Positions 41,101 to 56,000 of a DNA stretch of 64,000 nucleotides are shown here, piece by piece (positions within the stretch are counted from its first letter, which is position 1; each line of letters begins with the position of its first letter). The DNA is from Eledone cirrhosa (lineage: Eukaryota), in the NCBI GenBank assembly GCA_964016885.1, contig OZ024744.1, positions 124,186,001-124,250,000 on the forward strand, in the 5' to 3' direction. The notes under the pieces were generated by a model. It did no database searches and was not told the DNA's origin. It saw nothing but the letters and a program-made list of their open reading frames with translations. A program made the translations under genes and the position numbers.

Positions 41101-44100
41101 TGTCCAACCCATGACATGTAGGACAATAGTCTGTAATAACTTGTCCAACCCATGACAGGTAGGACAATAGTCTGTAATACCTTGTCCAACCAATGACAGG
41201 TAGGAGAATAGTCTGTAATAACTTGTCCAACCCATAACAGGTAGGACAATAGTCTGTAATACCTTGTCCAACCAATGACAGGTAGGACAATAGTCTGTAA
41301 TAACTTGTCCAACCCATGACAGGTAGGACAATAGTCTGTAATAACTTGTCCAACCCATGTATGTAGGACAATAGTCTGTAATAACTTGTCCAAACCATGA
41401 CAGGTAGGACAATAGTCTGTAATAACTTGTCCAACCCATGACAGGTAGGACAATAGTCTGTAATAACTTGTCCAACCCATGTATGTAGGACAATAGTGTG
41501 TAATAACTTGTCCAACCCATGTATGTAGGACAATAGTCTGTAATAACTTGTCCAAACCATGACAGGTAGGACAATAGTCTGTAATAACTTGTCCAACCCA
41601 TGACAGGTAGGACAATAGTCTGTAATAACTTGTCCCTCCCATGACAGGTAGGACAATAGTCTGTAATAACTTGTCCAACCCATGTATGTAGGACAATAGT
41701 GTGTAATAACTTGTCCAACCCATGACAGGTAGGACAATAGTCTGTAATAACTTGTCCAACCCATGACAGGTAGGACGATAGTCTGTAATAACTTGTCCAA
41801 CCCATGTATGTAGGTCAATAGCCTGTAATAACTTGTCCAATCCATGACAGGTAGGACAATAGTCTGTAATAACTTGTCCAACCCATGACAAGTAGGACAA
41901 TAGTCTGTAATAACTTGTTCATCCCATGTATGTAGGACAATAGTCTGTAATAACTTGTCCAACCCATGACAGGTAGGACAATAGTCTGTAATAACTTGTC
42001 CAACCCATGTATGTAGGACAATAGTCTGTAATAACTTGTCCAACCCATGACATGTAGGACAATAGTCTGTAATAACTTGTCCAACCCATGTATGTAGGAC
42101 AATAGTCTGTAATAACTTGTCCAACCCATGACAGGTAGGACAATAGTCTGTAATAACTTGTCCAACCCATGTATGTAGGACAATAGTCTGTAATAACTTG
42201 TCCAACCGATGACAGGTAGGACAATAGTCTGTAATAACTTGTCCAACCCATGACAGCTAGGACAATAGTCTGTAATAACTTGTCCAACCATTGTATGTAC
42301 GACAATAGTCTGTAATAACTTGCCTAACCCATGTATGTAGGACAATAGTCTGTAATAACTTGTCCAACCCATGTATGTAGGACAATAGTCTATAATAACT
42401 TTTTCAACCCATGTATGTAGGACAATAGTCTGTAATAACTTGTCCAACCCATGACAGGTAGGACAATAGTCTGTAATACCTCGTCCAACCCATGACAGGT
42501 AGGACAATAGTCTGTAATACCTCGTCCAACCCATGACAAGTAGGGCAATAGTCTGTAATAAATTGTCCAACCCATGACAGGTAGGACAATAGTCTGTAAT
42601 AACTTGTCCAACCATTGTATGTACGACAATAGTCTGTAATAACTTGCCTAACCCATGTATGTAGGACAATAGTCTGTAATAACTTGTCCAACCCATGTAT
42701 GTAGGACAATAGTCTATAATAACTTTTTCAACCCATGTATGTAGGACAATAGTCTGTAATAACTTGTCCAACCCATGACAGGTAGGACAATAGTCTGTAA
42801 TACCTCGTCCAACCCATGACAGGTAGGACAATAGTCTGTAATACCTCGTCCAACCCATGACAAGTAGGGCAATAGTCTGTAATAAATTGTCCAACCTATG
42901 ACAGGTAGGACAATAGTCTGTAATAACTTGTCCAACCCATGTATGCAGGACAATAGTCTGTAATAACTTATCCAACCCATGACACGTAGGACAATAGTCT
43001 GTAATAACTTATCCAACCCATGGGAGGTAGGGCAATAGTCTGTAATAACTTGTCGAACGCATGTATGCAGGACAATAGTCTGTAATAACTTGTCCAACCC
43101 ATGACAGGTAGGACAATAGTCTGTAATAACTTGTCCAACCCATGCATGTAGGACAATAGTCTGTAATAACTTGTCCAACCCATGTATGTAGGACAGTAGT
43201 CTGTAATACCTTGTCCAACCAATGACAGGTAGGAGAATAGTCTGTAATAACTTGTCCAACCCATAACAGGTAGGACAATAGTCTGTAATACCATGTCCAA
43301 CCAATGACAGGTAGGACAATAGTCTGTAATAACTTGTCCAACCCATGTATGTAGGACAATAGTCTGTAATAACTTGTCCAACCCATGTATGTAGGACAAT
43401 AGTCTGTAATAACTTGCCCAACCCATGACAGGTAGGACAATAGTCTGTAATAACTTGTCCAACCCATGACAGGTAGGACAATAGTCGGTAATAACTTGTC
43501 CAACCCATGACAAGTATGACAATAGTCTGTAATAACTTGTCCAACCCATGACAGGTAGGACAATAGTCTGTAATAACTTGTCCAACCCATGACAGGTAGG
43601 ACAATAGTCTGTAATAACTTGTCCAACCCATGACAGCTAGGACAATCGTCTGTAATAACTTGTCCAACCCATGTATGTAGGACAATAGTCTGTAATAACT
43701 TGTCCAACCCATGTATGTAGGACAATAGTCTGTAATAACTTGTCCAACCCATGTATGTAGGACAATAGTCTGTAATAACTTGTCCAACCCATGTATGTAC
43801 CACAATAGTGTGTAATAACTTGTCCATCCCATGACAGCTAGGACAATAGTCTGTAATAACTTGTCCAACCCATGACAGGTAGGACAATAGTCTGTAATAA
43901 CTTGTACAACCCATGACATGTAGGACAATAGTCAGTAATAACTTGTCCAACCCATGACAGGTAGGACAATAGTCTGTAATAACTTGTCCAACCCATGTAT
44001 GTAGGACAATAGTCTGTAATAAATTGTCCAACCCATGACAGGTAGGACAATAGTCTGTAATAACTTGTCCAACCCATGACAGCTAGGACAATAATCTGTA

Positions 44101-47100
44101 ATAACTTGTCTAACCCATGACAGGTAGGACAATAGTCTGTAATAACTTGTCCAACCCATGTATGTAGGACAATAGTCTGTAATAACTTGTCCAACCCATG
44201 TATGTACCACAATAGTGTGTAATAACTTGTCCATCCCATGACAGCTAGGACAATAGTCTGTAATAACTTGTCCAACCCATGACAGGTAGGACAATAGTCT
44301 GTAATAACTTGTACAACCCATGACATGTAGGACAATAGTCAGTAATAACTTGTCCAACCCATGACAGGTAGGACAATAGTCTGTAATAACTTGTCCAACC
44401 CATGTATGTAGGACAATAGTCTGTAATAAATTGTCCAACCCATGACAGGTAGGACAATAGTCTGTAATAACTTGTCCAACCCATGACAGCTAGGACAATA
44501 ATCTGTAATAACTTGTCTAACCCATGACAGGTAGGACAATAGTCTGTAATAACTTGTCCAACCCATGTATGTAGGACAATAGTCTGTAATAACTTGTTCA
44601 ACCCATGAAAGGTAGGTCAATAGTCTGTAATAACTTGTCCAACCCATGTATGTAGGACAATAGTCTGTAATAACTTGTCCAACCCATGACATGTAGGACA
44701 ATAGTCTGTAATAACTTGTCCAACCCATGACAGGTAGGACAATAGTCTGTAATACCTTGTCCAACCAATGACAGGTAGGAGAATAGTCTGTAATAACTTG
44801 TCCAACCCATAACAGGTAGGACAATAGTCTGTAATACCTTGTCCAACCAATGACAGGTAGGACAATAGTCTGTAATAACTTGTCCAACCCATGACAGGTA
44901 GGACAATAGTCTGTAATAACTTGTCCAACCCATGTATGTAGGACAATAGTCTGTAATAACTTGTCCAAACCATGACAGGTAGGACAATAGTCTGTAATAA
45001 CTTGTCCAACCCATGACAGGTAGGACAATAGTCTGTAATAACTTGTCCAACCCATGTATGTAGGACAATAGTGTGTAATAACTTGTCCAACCCATGTATG
45101 TAGGACAATAGTCTGTAATAACTTGTCCAAACCATGACAGGTAGGACAATAGTCTGTAATAACTTGTCCAACCCATGACAGGTAGGACAATAGTCTGTAA
45201 TAACTTGTCCAACCCATGACAGGTAGGACAATAGTCTGTAATAACTTGTCCAACCCATGTATGTAGGACAATAGTGTGTAATAACTTGTCCAACCCATGA
45301 CAGGTAGGACAATAGTCTGTAATAACTTGTCCAACCCATGACAGGTAGGACGATAGTCTGTAATAACTTGTCCAACCCATGTATGTAGGTCAATAGCCTG
45401 TAATAACTTGTCCAATCCATGACAGGTAGGACAATAGTCTGTAATAACTTGTCCAACCCATGACAAGTAGGACAATAGTCTGTAATAACTTGTTCATCCC
45501 ATGTATGTAGGACAATAGTCTGTAATAACTTGTCCAACCCATGACAGGTAGGACAATAGTCTGTAATAACTTGTCCAACCCATGTATGTAGGACAATAGT
45601 CTGTAATAACTTGTCCAACCCATGACATGTAGGACAATAGTCTGTAATAACTTGTCCAACCCATGTATGTAGGACAATAGTCTGTAATAACTTGTCCAAC
45701 CCATGACAGGTAGGACAATAGTCTGTAATAACTTGTCCAACCCATGTATGTAGGACAATAGTCTGTAATAACTTGTCCAACCGATGACAGGTAGGACAAT
45801 AGTCTGTAATAACTTGTCCAACCCATGACAGCTAGGACAATAGTCTGTAATAACTTGTCCAACCATTGTATGTACGACAATAGTCTGTAATAACTTGCCT
45901 AACCCATGTATGTAGGACAATAGTCTGTAATAACTTGTCCAACCCATGTATGTAGGACAATAGTCTATAATAACTTTTTCAACCCATGTATGTAGGACAA
46001 TAGTCTGTAATAACTTGTCCAACCCATGACAGGTAGGACAATAGTCTGTAATACCTCGTCCAACCCATGACAGGTAGGACAATAGTCTGTAATACCTCGT
46101 CCAACCCATGACAAGTAGGGCAATAGTCTGTAATAAATTGTCCAACCCATGACAGGTAGGACAATAGTCTGTAATAACTTGTCCAACCATTGTATGTACG
46201 ACAATAGTCTGTAATAACTTGCCTAACCCATGTATGTAGGACAATAGTCTGTAATAACTTGTCCAACCCATGTATGTAGGACAATAGTCTATAATAACTT
46301 TTTCAACCCATGTATGTAGGACAATAGTCTGTAATAACTTGTCCAACCCATGACAGGTAGGACAATAGTCTGTAATACCTCGTCCAACCCATGACAGGTA
46401 GGACAATAGTCTGTAATACCTCGTCCAACCCATGACAAGTAGGGCAATAGTCTGTAATAAATTGTCCAACCTATGACAGGTAGGACAATAGTCTGTAATA
46501 ACTTGTCCAACCCATGTATGCAGGACAATAGTCTGTAATAACTTATCCAACCCATGACACGTAGGACAATAGTCTGTAATAACTTATCCAACCCATGGGA
46601 GGTAGGGCAATAGTCTGTAATAACTTGTCGAACGCATGTATGCAGGACAATAGTCTGTAATAACTTGTCCAACCCATGACAGGTAGGACAATAGTCTGTA
46701 ATAACTTGTCCAACCCATGCATGTAGGACAATAGTCTGTAATAACTTGTCCAACCCATGTATGTAGGACAGTAGTCTGTAATACCTTGTCCAACCAATGA
46801 CAGGTAGGAGAATAGTCTGTAATAACTTGTCCAACCCATAACAGGTAGGACAATAGTCTGTAATACCATGTCCAACCAATGACAGGTAGGACAATAGTCT
46901 GTAATAACTTGTCCAACCCATGTATGTAGGACAATAGTCTGTAATAACTTGTCCAACCCATGTATGTAGGACAATAGTCTGTAATAACTTGCCCAACCCA
47001 TGACAGGTAGGACAATAGTCTGTAATAACTTGTCCAACCCATGACAGGTAGGACAATAGTCGGTAATAACTTGTCCAACCCATGACAAGTATGACAATAG

Positions 47101-50100
47101 TCTGTAATAACTTGTCCAACCCATGACAGGTAGGACAATAGTCTGTAATAACTTGTCCAACCCATGACAGGTAGGACAATAGTCTGTAATAACTTGTCCA
47201 ACCCATGACAGCTAGGACAATCGTCTGTAATAACTTGTCCAACCCATGTATGTAGGACAATAGTCTGTAATAACTTGTCCAACCCATGTATGTAGGACAA
47301 TAGTCTGTAATAACTTGTCCAACCCATGTATGTAGGACAATAGTCTGTAATAACTTGTCCAACCCATGTATGTACCACAATAGTGTGTAATAACTTGTCC
47401 ATCCCATGACAGCTAGGACAATAGTCTGTAATAACTTGTCCAACCCATGACAGGTAGGACAATAGTCTGTAATAACTTGTACAACCCATGACATGTAGGA
47501 CAATAGTCAGTAATAACTTGTCCAACCCATGACAGGTAGGACAATAGTCTGTAATAACTTGTCCAACCCATGTATGTAGGACAATAGTCTGTAATAAATT
47601 GTCCAACCCATGACAGGTAGGACAATAGTCTGTAATAACTTGTCCAACCCATGACAGCTAGGACAATAATCTGTAATAACTTGTCTAACCCATGACAGGT
47701 AGGACAATAGTCTGTAATAACTTGTCCAACCCATGTATGTAGGACAATAGTCTGTAATAACTTGTTCAACCCATGAAAGGTAGGTCAATAGTCTGTAATA
47801 ACTTGTCCAACCCATGTATGTAGGACAATAGTCTGTAATAACTTGTCCAACCCATGACATGTAGGACAATAGTCTGTAATAACTTGTCCAACCCATGACA
47901 GGTAGGACAATAGTCTGTAATACTTTGTCCAACCAATGACAGGTAGGAGAATAGTCTGTAATAACTTGTCCAACCCATAACAGGTAGGACAATAGTCTGT
48001 AATACCTTGTCCAACCAATGACAGGTAGGACAATAGTCTGTAATAACTTGTCCAACCCATGACAGGTAGGACAATAGTCTGTAATAACTTGTCCAACCCA
48101 TGTATGTAGGACAATAGTCTGTAATAACTTGTCCAAACCATGACAGGTAGGACAATAGTCTGTAATAACTTGTCCAACCCATGACAGGTAGGACAATAGT
48201 CTGTAATAACTTGTCCAACCCATGTATGTAGGACAATAGTGTGTAATAACTTGTCCAACCCATGTTTGTAGGACAATAGTCTGTAATAACTTGTCCAAAC
48301 CATGACAGGTAGGACAATAGTCTGTAATAACTTGTCCAACCCATGACAGGTAGGACAATAGTCTGTAATAACTTGTCCAACCCATGACAGGTAGGACAAT
48401 AGTCTGTAATAACTTGTCCAACCCATGTATGTAGGACAATAGTGTGTAATAACTTGTCCAACCCATGACAGGTAGGACAATAGTCTGTAATAACTTGTCC
48501 AACCCATGACAGGTAGGACGATAGTCTGTAATAACTTGTCCAACCCATGTATGTAGGTCAATAGCCTGTAATAACTTGTCCAATCCATGACAGGTAGGAC
48601 AATAGTCTCTAATAACTTGTCCAACCCATGACAAGTAGGACAATAGTCTGTAATAACTTGTTCATCCCATGTATGTAGGACAATAGTCTGTAATAACTTG
48701 TCCAACCCATGACAGGTAGGACAATAGTCTGTAATAACTTGTCCAACCCATGTATGTAGGACAATAGTCTTTAATAACTTGTCCAACCCATGACATGTAG
48801 GACAATAGTCTGTAATAACTTGTCCAACCCATGTATGTAGGACAATAGTCTGTAATAACTTGTCCAACCCATGACAGGTAGGACAATAGTCTGTAATAAC
48901 TTGTCCAACCCATGTATGTAGGACAATAGTCTGTAATAACTTGTCCAACCGATGACAGGTAGGACAATAGTCTGTAATAACTTGTCCAACCCATGACAGG
49001 TAGGACAATAGTCTGTAATAACTTGTCCAACCATTGTATGTACGACAATAGTCTGTAATAACTTGCCTAACCCATGTATGTAGGACAATAGTCTGTAATA
49101 ACTTGTCCAACCCATGTATGTAGGACAATAGTCTATAATAACTTTTTCAACCCATGTATGTAGGACAATAGTCTGTAATAACTTGTCCAACCCATGACAG
49201 GTAGGACAATAGTCTGTAATACCTCGTCCAACCCATGACAGGTAGGACAATAGTCTGTAATACCTCGTCCAACCCATGACAAGTAGGGCAATAGTCTGTA
49301 ATAAATTGTCCAACCTATGACAGGTAGGACAATAGTCTGTAATAACTTGTCCAACCCATGTATGCAGGACAATAGTCTGTAATAACTTATCCAACCCATG
49401 ACACGTAGGACAATAGTCTGTAATAACTTATCCAACCCATGGGAGGTAGGGCAATAGTCTGTAATAACTTGTCGAACGCATGTATGCAGGACAATAGTCT
49501 GTAATAACTTGTCCAACCCATGACAGGTAGGACAATAGTCTGTAATAACTTGTCCAACCCATGCATGTAGGACAATAGTCTGTAATAACTTGTCCAACCC
49601 ATGTATGTAGGACAGTAGTCTGTAATACCTTGTCCAACCAATGACAGGTAGGAGAATAGTCTGTAATAACTTGTCCAACCCATAACAGGTAGGACAATAG
49701 TCTGTAATACCATGTCCAACCAATGACAGGTAGGACAATAGTCTGTAATAACTTGTCCAACCCATGTATGTAGGACAATAGTCTGTAATAACTTGTCCAA
49801 CCCATGTATGTAGGACAATAGTCTGTAATAACTTGCCCAACCCATGACAGGTAGGACAATAGTCTGTAATAACTTGTCCAACCCATGACAGGTAGGACAA
49901 TAGTCGGTAATAACTTGTCCAACCCATGACAAGTATGACAATAGTCTGTAATAACTTGTCCAACCCATGACAGGTAGGACAATAGTCTGTAATAACTTGT
50001 CCAACCCATGACAGGTAGGACAATAGTCTGTAATAACTTGTCCAACCCATGACAGCTAGGACAATCGTCTGTAATAACTTGTCCAACCCATGTATGTAGG

Positions 50101-53000
50101 ACAATAGTCTGTAATAACTTGTCCAACCCATGTATGTAGGACAATAGTCTGTAATAACTTGTCCAACCCATGTATGTACCACAATAGTGTGTAATAACTT
50201 GTCCATCCCATGACAGCTAGGACAATAGTCTGTAATAACTTGTCCAACCCATGACAGGTAGGACAATAGTCTGTAATAACTTGTACAACGCATGACATGT
50301 AGGACAATAGTCAGTAATAACTTGTCCAACCCATGACAGGTAGGACAATAGTCTGTAATAACTTGTCCAACCCATGTATGTAGGACAATAGTCTGTAATA
50401 AATTGTCCAACCCATGACAGGTAGGACAATAGTCTGTAATAACTTGTCCAACCCATGACAGCTAGGACAATAATCTGTAATAACTTGTCTAACCCATGAC
50501 AGGTAGGACAATAGTCTGTAATAACTTGTCCAACCCATGTATGTAGGACAATAGTCTGTAATAACTTGTTCAACCCATGAAAGGTAGGTCAATAGTCTGT
50601 AATAACTTGTCCAACCCATGTATGTAGGACAATAGTCTGTAATAACTTGTCCAACCCATGACATGTAGGACAATAGTCTGTAATAACTTGTCCAACCCAT
50701 GACAGGTAGGACAATAGTCTGTAATACCTTGTCCAACCAATGACAGGTAGGAGAATAGTCTGTAATAACTTGTCCAACCCATAACAGGTAGGACAATAGT
50801 CTGTAATACCTTGTCCAACCAATGACAGGTAGGACAATAGTCTGTAATAACTTGTCCAACCCATGACAGGTAGGACAATAGTCTGTAATAACTTGTCCAA
50901 CCCATGTATGTAGGACAATAGTCTGTAATAACTTGTCCAAACCATGACAGGTAGGACAATAGTCTGTAATAACTTGTCCAACCCATGACAGGTAGGACAA
51001 TAGTCTGTAATAACTTGTCCAACCCATGTATGTAGGACAATAGTGTGTAATAACTTGTCCAACCCATGTATGTAGGACAATTGTCTGTAATAACTTGTCC
51101 AAACCATGACAGGTAGGACAATAGTCTGTAATAACTTGTCCAACCCATGACAGGTAGGACAATAGTCTGTAATAACTTGTCCAACCCATGACAGGTAGGA
51201 CAATAGTCTGTAATAACTTGTCCAACCCATGTATGTAGGACAATAGTGTGTAATAACTTGTCCAACCCATGACAGGTAGGACAATAGTCTGTAATAACTT
51301 GTCCAACCCATGACAGGTAGGACGATAGTCTGTAATAACTTGTCCAACCCATGTATGTAGGTCAATAGCCTGTAATAACTTGTCCAATCCATGACAGGTA
51401 GGACAATAGTCTGTAATAACTTGTCCAACCCATGACAAGTAGGACAATAGTCTGTAATAACTTGTTCATCCCATGTATGTAGGACAATAGTCTGTAATAA
51501 CTTGTCCAACCCATGACAGGTAGGACAATAGTCTGTAATAACTTGTCCAACCCATGTATGTAGGACAATAGTCTGTAATAACTTGTCCAACCCATGACAT
51601 GTAGGACAATAGTCTGTAATAACTTGTCCAACCCATGTATGTAGGACAATAGTCTGTAATAACTTGTCCAACCCATGACAGGTAGGACAATAGTCTGTAA
51701 TAACTTGTCCAACCCATGTATGTAGGACAATAGTCTGTAATAACTTGTCCAACCGATGACAGGTAGGACAATAGTCTGTAATAACTTGTCCAACCCATGA
51801 CAGCTAGGACAATAGTCTGTAATAACTTGTCCAACCATTGTATGTACGACAATAGTCTGTAATAACTTGCCTAACCCATGTATGTAGGACAATAGTCTGT
51901 AATAACTTGTCCAACCCATGTATGTAGGACAATAGTCTATAATAACTTTTTCAACCCATGTATGTAGGACAATAGTCTGTAATAACTTGTCCAACCCATG
52001 ACAGGTAGGACAATAGTCTGTAATACCTCGTCCAACCCATGACAGGTAGGACAATAGTCTGTAATACCTCGTCCAACCCATGACAAGTAGGGCAATAGTC
52101 TGTAATAAATTGTCCAACCCATGACAGGTAGGACAATAGTCTGTAATAACTTGTCCAACCCATGTATGCAGGACAATAGTCTGTAATAACTTATCCAACC
52201 CATGACACGTAGGACAATAGTCTGTAATAACTTATCCAACCCATGGGAGGTAGGGCAATAGTCTGTAATAACTTGTCGAACCCATGTATGCAGGACAATA
52301 GTCTGTAATAACTTGTCCAACCCATGACAGGTAGGACAATAGTCTGTAATAACTTGTCCAACCCATGCATGTAGGACAATAGTCTGTAATAACTTGTCCA
52401 ACCCATGTATGTAGGACAGTAGTCTGTAATACCTTGTCCAACCAATGACAGGTAGGACAATAGTCTGTAATACCATGTCCAACCAATGACAGGTAGGACA
52501 ATAGTCTGTAATAACTTGTCCAACCCATGTATGTAGGACAATAGTCTGTAATAACTTGTCCAACCCATGTATGTAGGACAATAGTCTGTAATAACTTGCC
52601 CAACCCATGACAGGTAGGACAATAGTCTGTAATAACTTGTCCAACCCATGACAGGTAGGACAATAGACGGTAATAACTTGTCCAACCCATGACAAGTATG
52701 ACAATAGTCTGTAATAACTTGTCCAACCCATGACAGGTAGAACAATAGTCTGTAATAACTTGTCCAACCCATGACAGGTAGGACAATAGTCTGTAATAAC
52801 TTGTCCAACCCATGACAGCTAGGACAATCGTCTGTAATAACTTGTCCAACCCATGTATGTAGGACAATAGTCTGTAATAACTTGTCCAACCCATGTATGT
52901 AGGACAATAGTCTGTAATAACTTGTCCAACCCATGTATGTAGGACAATAGTCTGTAATAACTTGTCCAACCCATGTATGTACCACAATAGTGTGTAATAA
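32050..53000. repeat. Expanded higher-order repeat domain (sub-family II); basic unit 2641 bp with 2804/2844/3168/3575-bp and truncated variants
   Basis: The marker CTATAATAACTTTTTCAACC (ORF ends 33571, 36089, 39546, 42390, 42714, 45965, 46289, 49133, 51937) recurs with GAAAGGTAGGTC, CATGGGAGG and TACCACAAT in conserved order. ORF offsets 32054/34695 and 38029/40670 are 2641, 40670/44245 is 3575, 44245/47413 is 3168 and 47413/50217 is 2804. Confidence 0.92.
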
Positions 53001-56000
53001 CTTGTCCATCCCATGACAGGTAGGACAATAGTCTGTAATAACTTGTCCAACCCATGTATGTAGGACAATAGTCTGTAATACCTCGTCCAACCCATGACAG
53101 GTAGGACAATAGTCTGTAATAACTTGTCCAACCCATGACAGGTAGGACAATAGTCTGTAATAACTTGGCCAACCCATGACAGGTAGGACAATAGTCTGTA
53201 ATAACTTGTCCAACTCATGACAGGTAGGACAATAGTCTGTAATAACTCGTCCAACCCATGTATGTAGGACAATAGTCTGTAATAACTTGTCCAACCCATG
53301 ACAGGTAAGACAATATTCTGTAATAACTTGTCCAACCCATGTATGTAAGACAATAGTCTGTAATAACTTGTCCAACCCAATTCAGGTAGGACAATAGTCT
53401 AATAACTTGTCCAACTCATGACAGGTAGGACAATAGTCTGTAATAACTTGTCCAACCCATGTATTTAGGACAATAGTCTGTAATAACTTGTCCAAGCCAT
53501 GACAGGTAGGACAATAGTCTGTAAGAACTTGTGCAACCCATGACAGGTAGGACAATAGTCTGTAATACCATGTCCAACCAATGACAGGTAGGACAATAGT
53601 CTGTAATAACTTGTCCAACCCATGTATGTAGGACAATACTCTGTAATAACTTGCCCAACCCATGTATGTAGGACAATAGTCTGTAATAACTTGTCCAACC
53701 CATGACAGGTAGGACAATAGTCTGTAATAACTTGTCCATCCCATGACAGGTAGGACAATAGTCTGTAATAACTTGTCCAACCCATGACCGCTAGGACAAT
53801 AGTCTGTAATAACTTGTCCAACCCATGACAGTTAGGACAATAGTCTGTAATAACTTGTCCAACCCATGACATGTAGGACAATAGTCTGTAATAACTTGTC
53901 CAACCCATGACAGGTAGGACAATAGTCTGTAATAACTTGTCGAACCCATGTATGTAGGACAATAGTCTGTAATAAATTGTCCAACCCATGACAGGTAGGA
54001 CAATAGTCTGTAATAACTTGTCCAACCCATGACAGGTAGGACAATAATCTGTAATAACTTGTCTAACCCATGTATGTAGGACAATAGTCTGTAATAACTT
54101 GTCCAACCCATGCATGTAGGACAATAGTCTGTAATAACTTGTCCAACCCATGTATGTAGGACAATAGTCCGTAATAACTTGTCCAACCCATGACAGGTAG
54201 GACAATAGTCTGTAATAACTTGTCCCTCCCATGACAGGTAGGACAATAGTCTGTAATAACTTGTCCAACCCATGACAGCTAGGACAATAGTCTGTAATAA
54301 CTTGTCCAACCCATGACAGGTAGGACAATAGTCTGTAATAACTTGTCCAACCAATGACAGGTAGGACAATAGTCTGTAATAACTTGTCCAACCCATGACA
54401 GGTAGGACAATAGTCTGTAATAACTTGTCCAACCCATGTATGTAGGACAATAGTCTGTAATAACTTGTCCAAACCATGACAGGTAGGACAATAGTCTGTA
54501 ATAACTTGTCCAACCCATGACAGGTAGGACAATAGTCTGTAATAACTTGTCCAACCCATGTATGTAGGACAATAGTCTGTAATAACTTGTCCAAACCATG
54601 ACAGGTAGGACAATAGTCTGTAATAACTTGTCCAACCCATGACAGGTACGACAATAGTCTGTAATAACTTGTCCAACCCATGACAGGTAGGACAATAGTC
54701 TGTAATAACTTGTCCAACCCATGTATGTAGGACAATAGTGTGTAATAACTTGTCCAACCCATGACAGGTAGGACAATAGTCTGTAATAACTTGTCCAACC
54801 CATGACAGGTAGGACGATAGTCTGTAATAACTTGTCCAACCCATGTATGTAGGTCAATAGCCTGTAATAACTTGTCCAATCCATGACAGGTAGGACAATA
54901 GTCTGTAATAACTTGTCCAACCCATGACAAGTAGGACAATAGTCTGTAATAACTTGTTCATCCCATGTATGTAGGACAATAGTCTGTAATAACTTGTCCA
55001 ACCCATGACAGGTAGGACAATAGTCTGTAATAACTTGTCCAACCCATGTATGTAGGACAATAGTCTGTAATAACTTGTCCAACCCATGACATGTAGGACA
55101 ATAGTCTGTAATAACTTGTCCAACCCATGTATGTAGGACAATAGTCTGTAATAACTTGTCCAACCCATGACAGGTAGGACAATAGTCTGTAATAACTTGT
55201 CCAACCCATGTATGTAGGACAATAGTCTGTAATAACTTGTCCAACCGATGACAGGTAGGACAATAGTCTGTAATAACTTGTCCAACCCATGACAGCTAGG
55301 ACAATAGTCTGTAATAACTTGTCCAACCATTGTATGTACGACAATAGTCTGTAATAACTTGCCTAACCCATGTATGTAGGACAATAGTCTATAATAACTT
55401 TTTCAACCCATGTATGTAGGACAATAGTCTGTAATAACTTGTCCAACCCATGACAGGTAGGACAATAGTCTGTAATACCTCGTCCAACCCATGACAGGTA
55501 GGACAATAGTCTGTAATACCTCGTCCAACCCATGACAAGTAGGGCAATAGTCTGTAATAAATTGTCCAACCCATGACAGGTAGGACAATAGTCTGTAATA
55601 ACTTGTCCAACCCATGTATGCAGGACAATAGTCTGTAATAACTTATCCAACCCATGACACGTAGGACAATAGTCTGTAATAACTTATCCAACCCATGGGA
55701 GGTAGGGCAATAGTCTGTAATAACTTGTCGAACCCATGTATGCAGGACAATAGTCTGTAATAACTTGTCCAACCCATGACAGGTAGGACAATAGTCTGTA
55801 ATAACTTGTCCAACCCATGCATGTAGGACAATAGTCTGTAATAACTTGTCCAACCCATGTATGTAGGACAGTAGTCTGTAATACCTTGTCCAACCAATGA
55901 CAGGTAGGAGAATAGTCTGTAATAACTTGTCCAACCCATAACAGGTAGGACAATAGTCTGTAATACCATGTCCAACCAATGACAGGTAGGACAATAGTCT

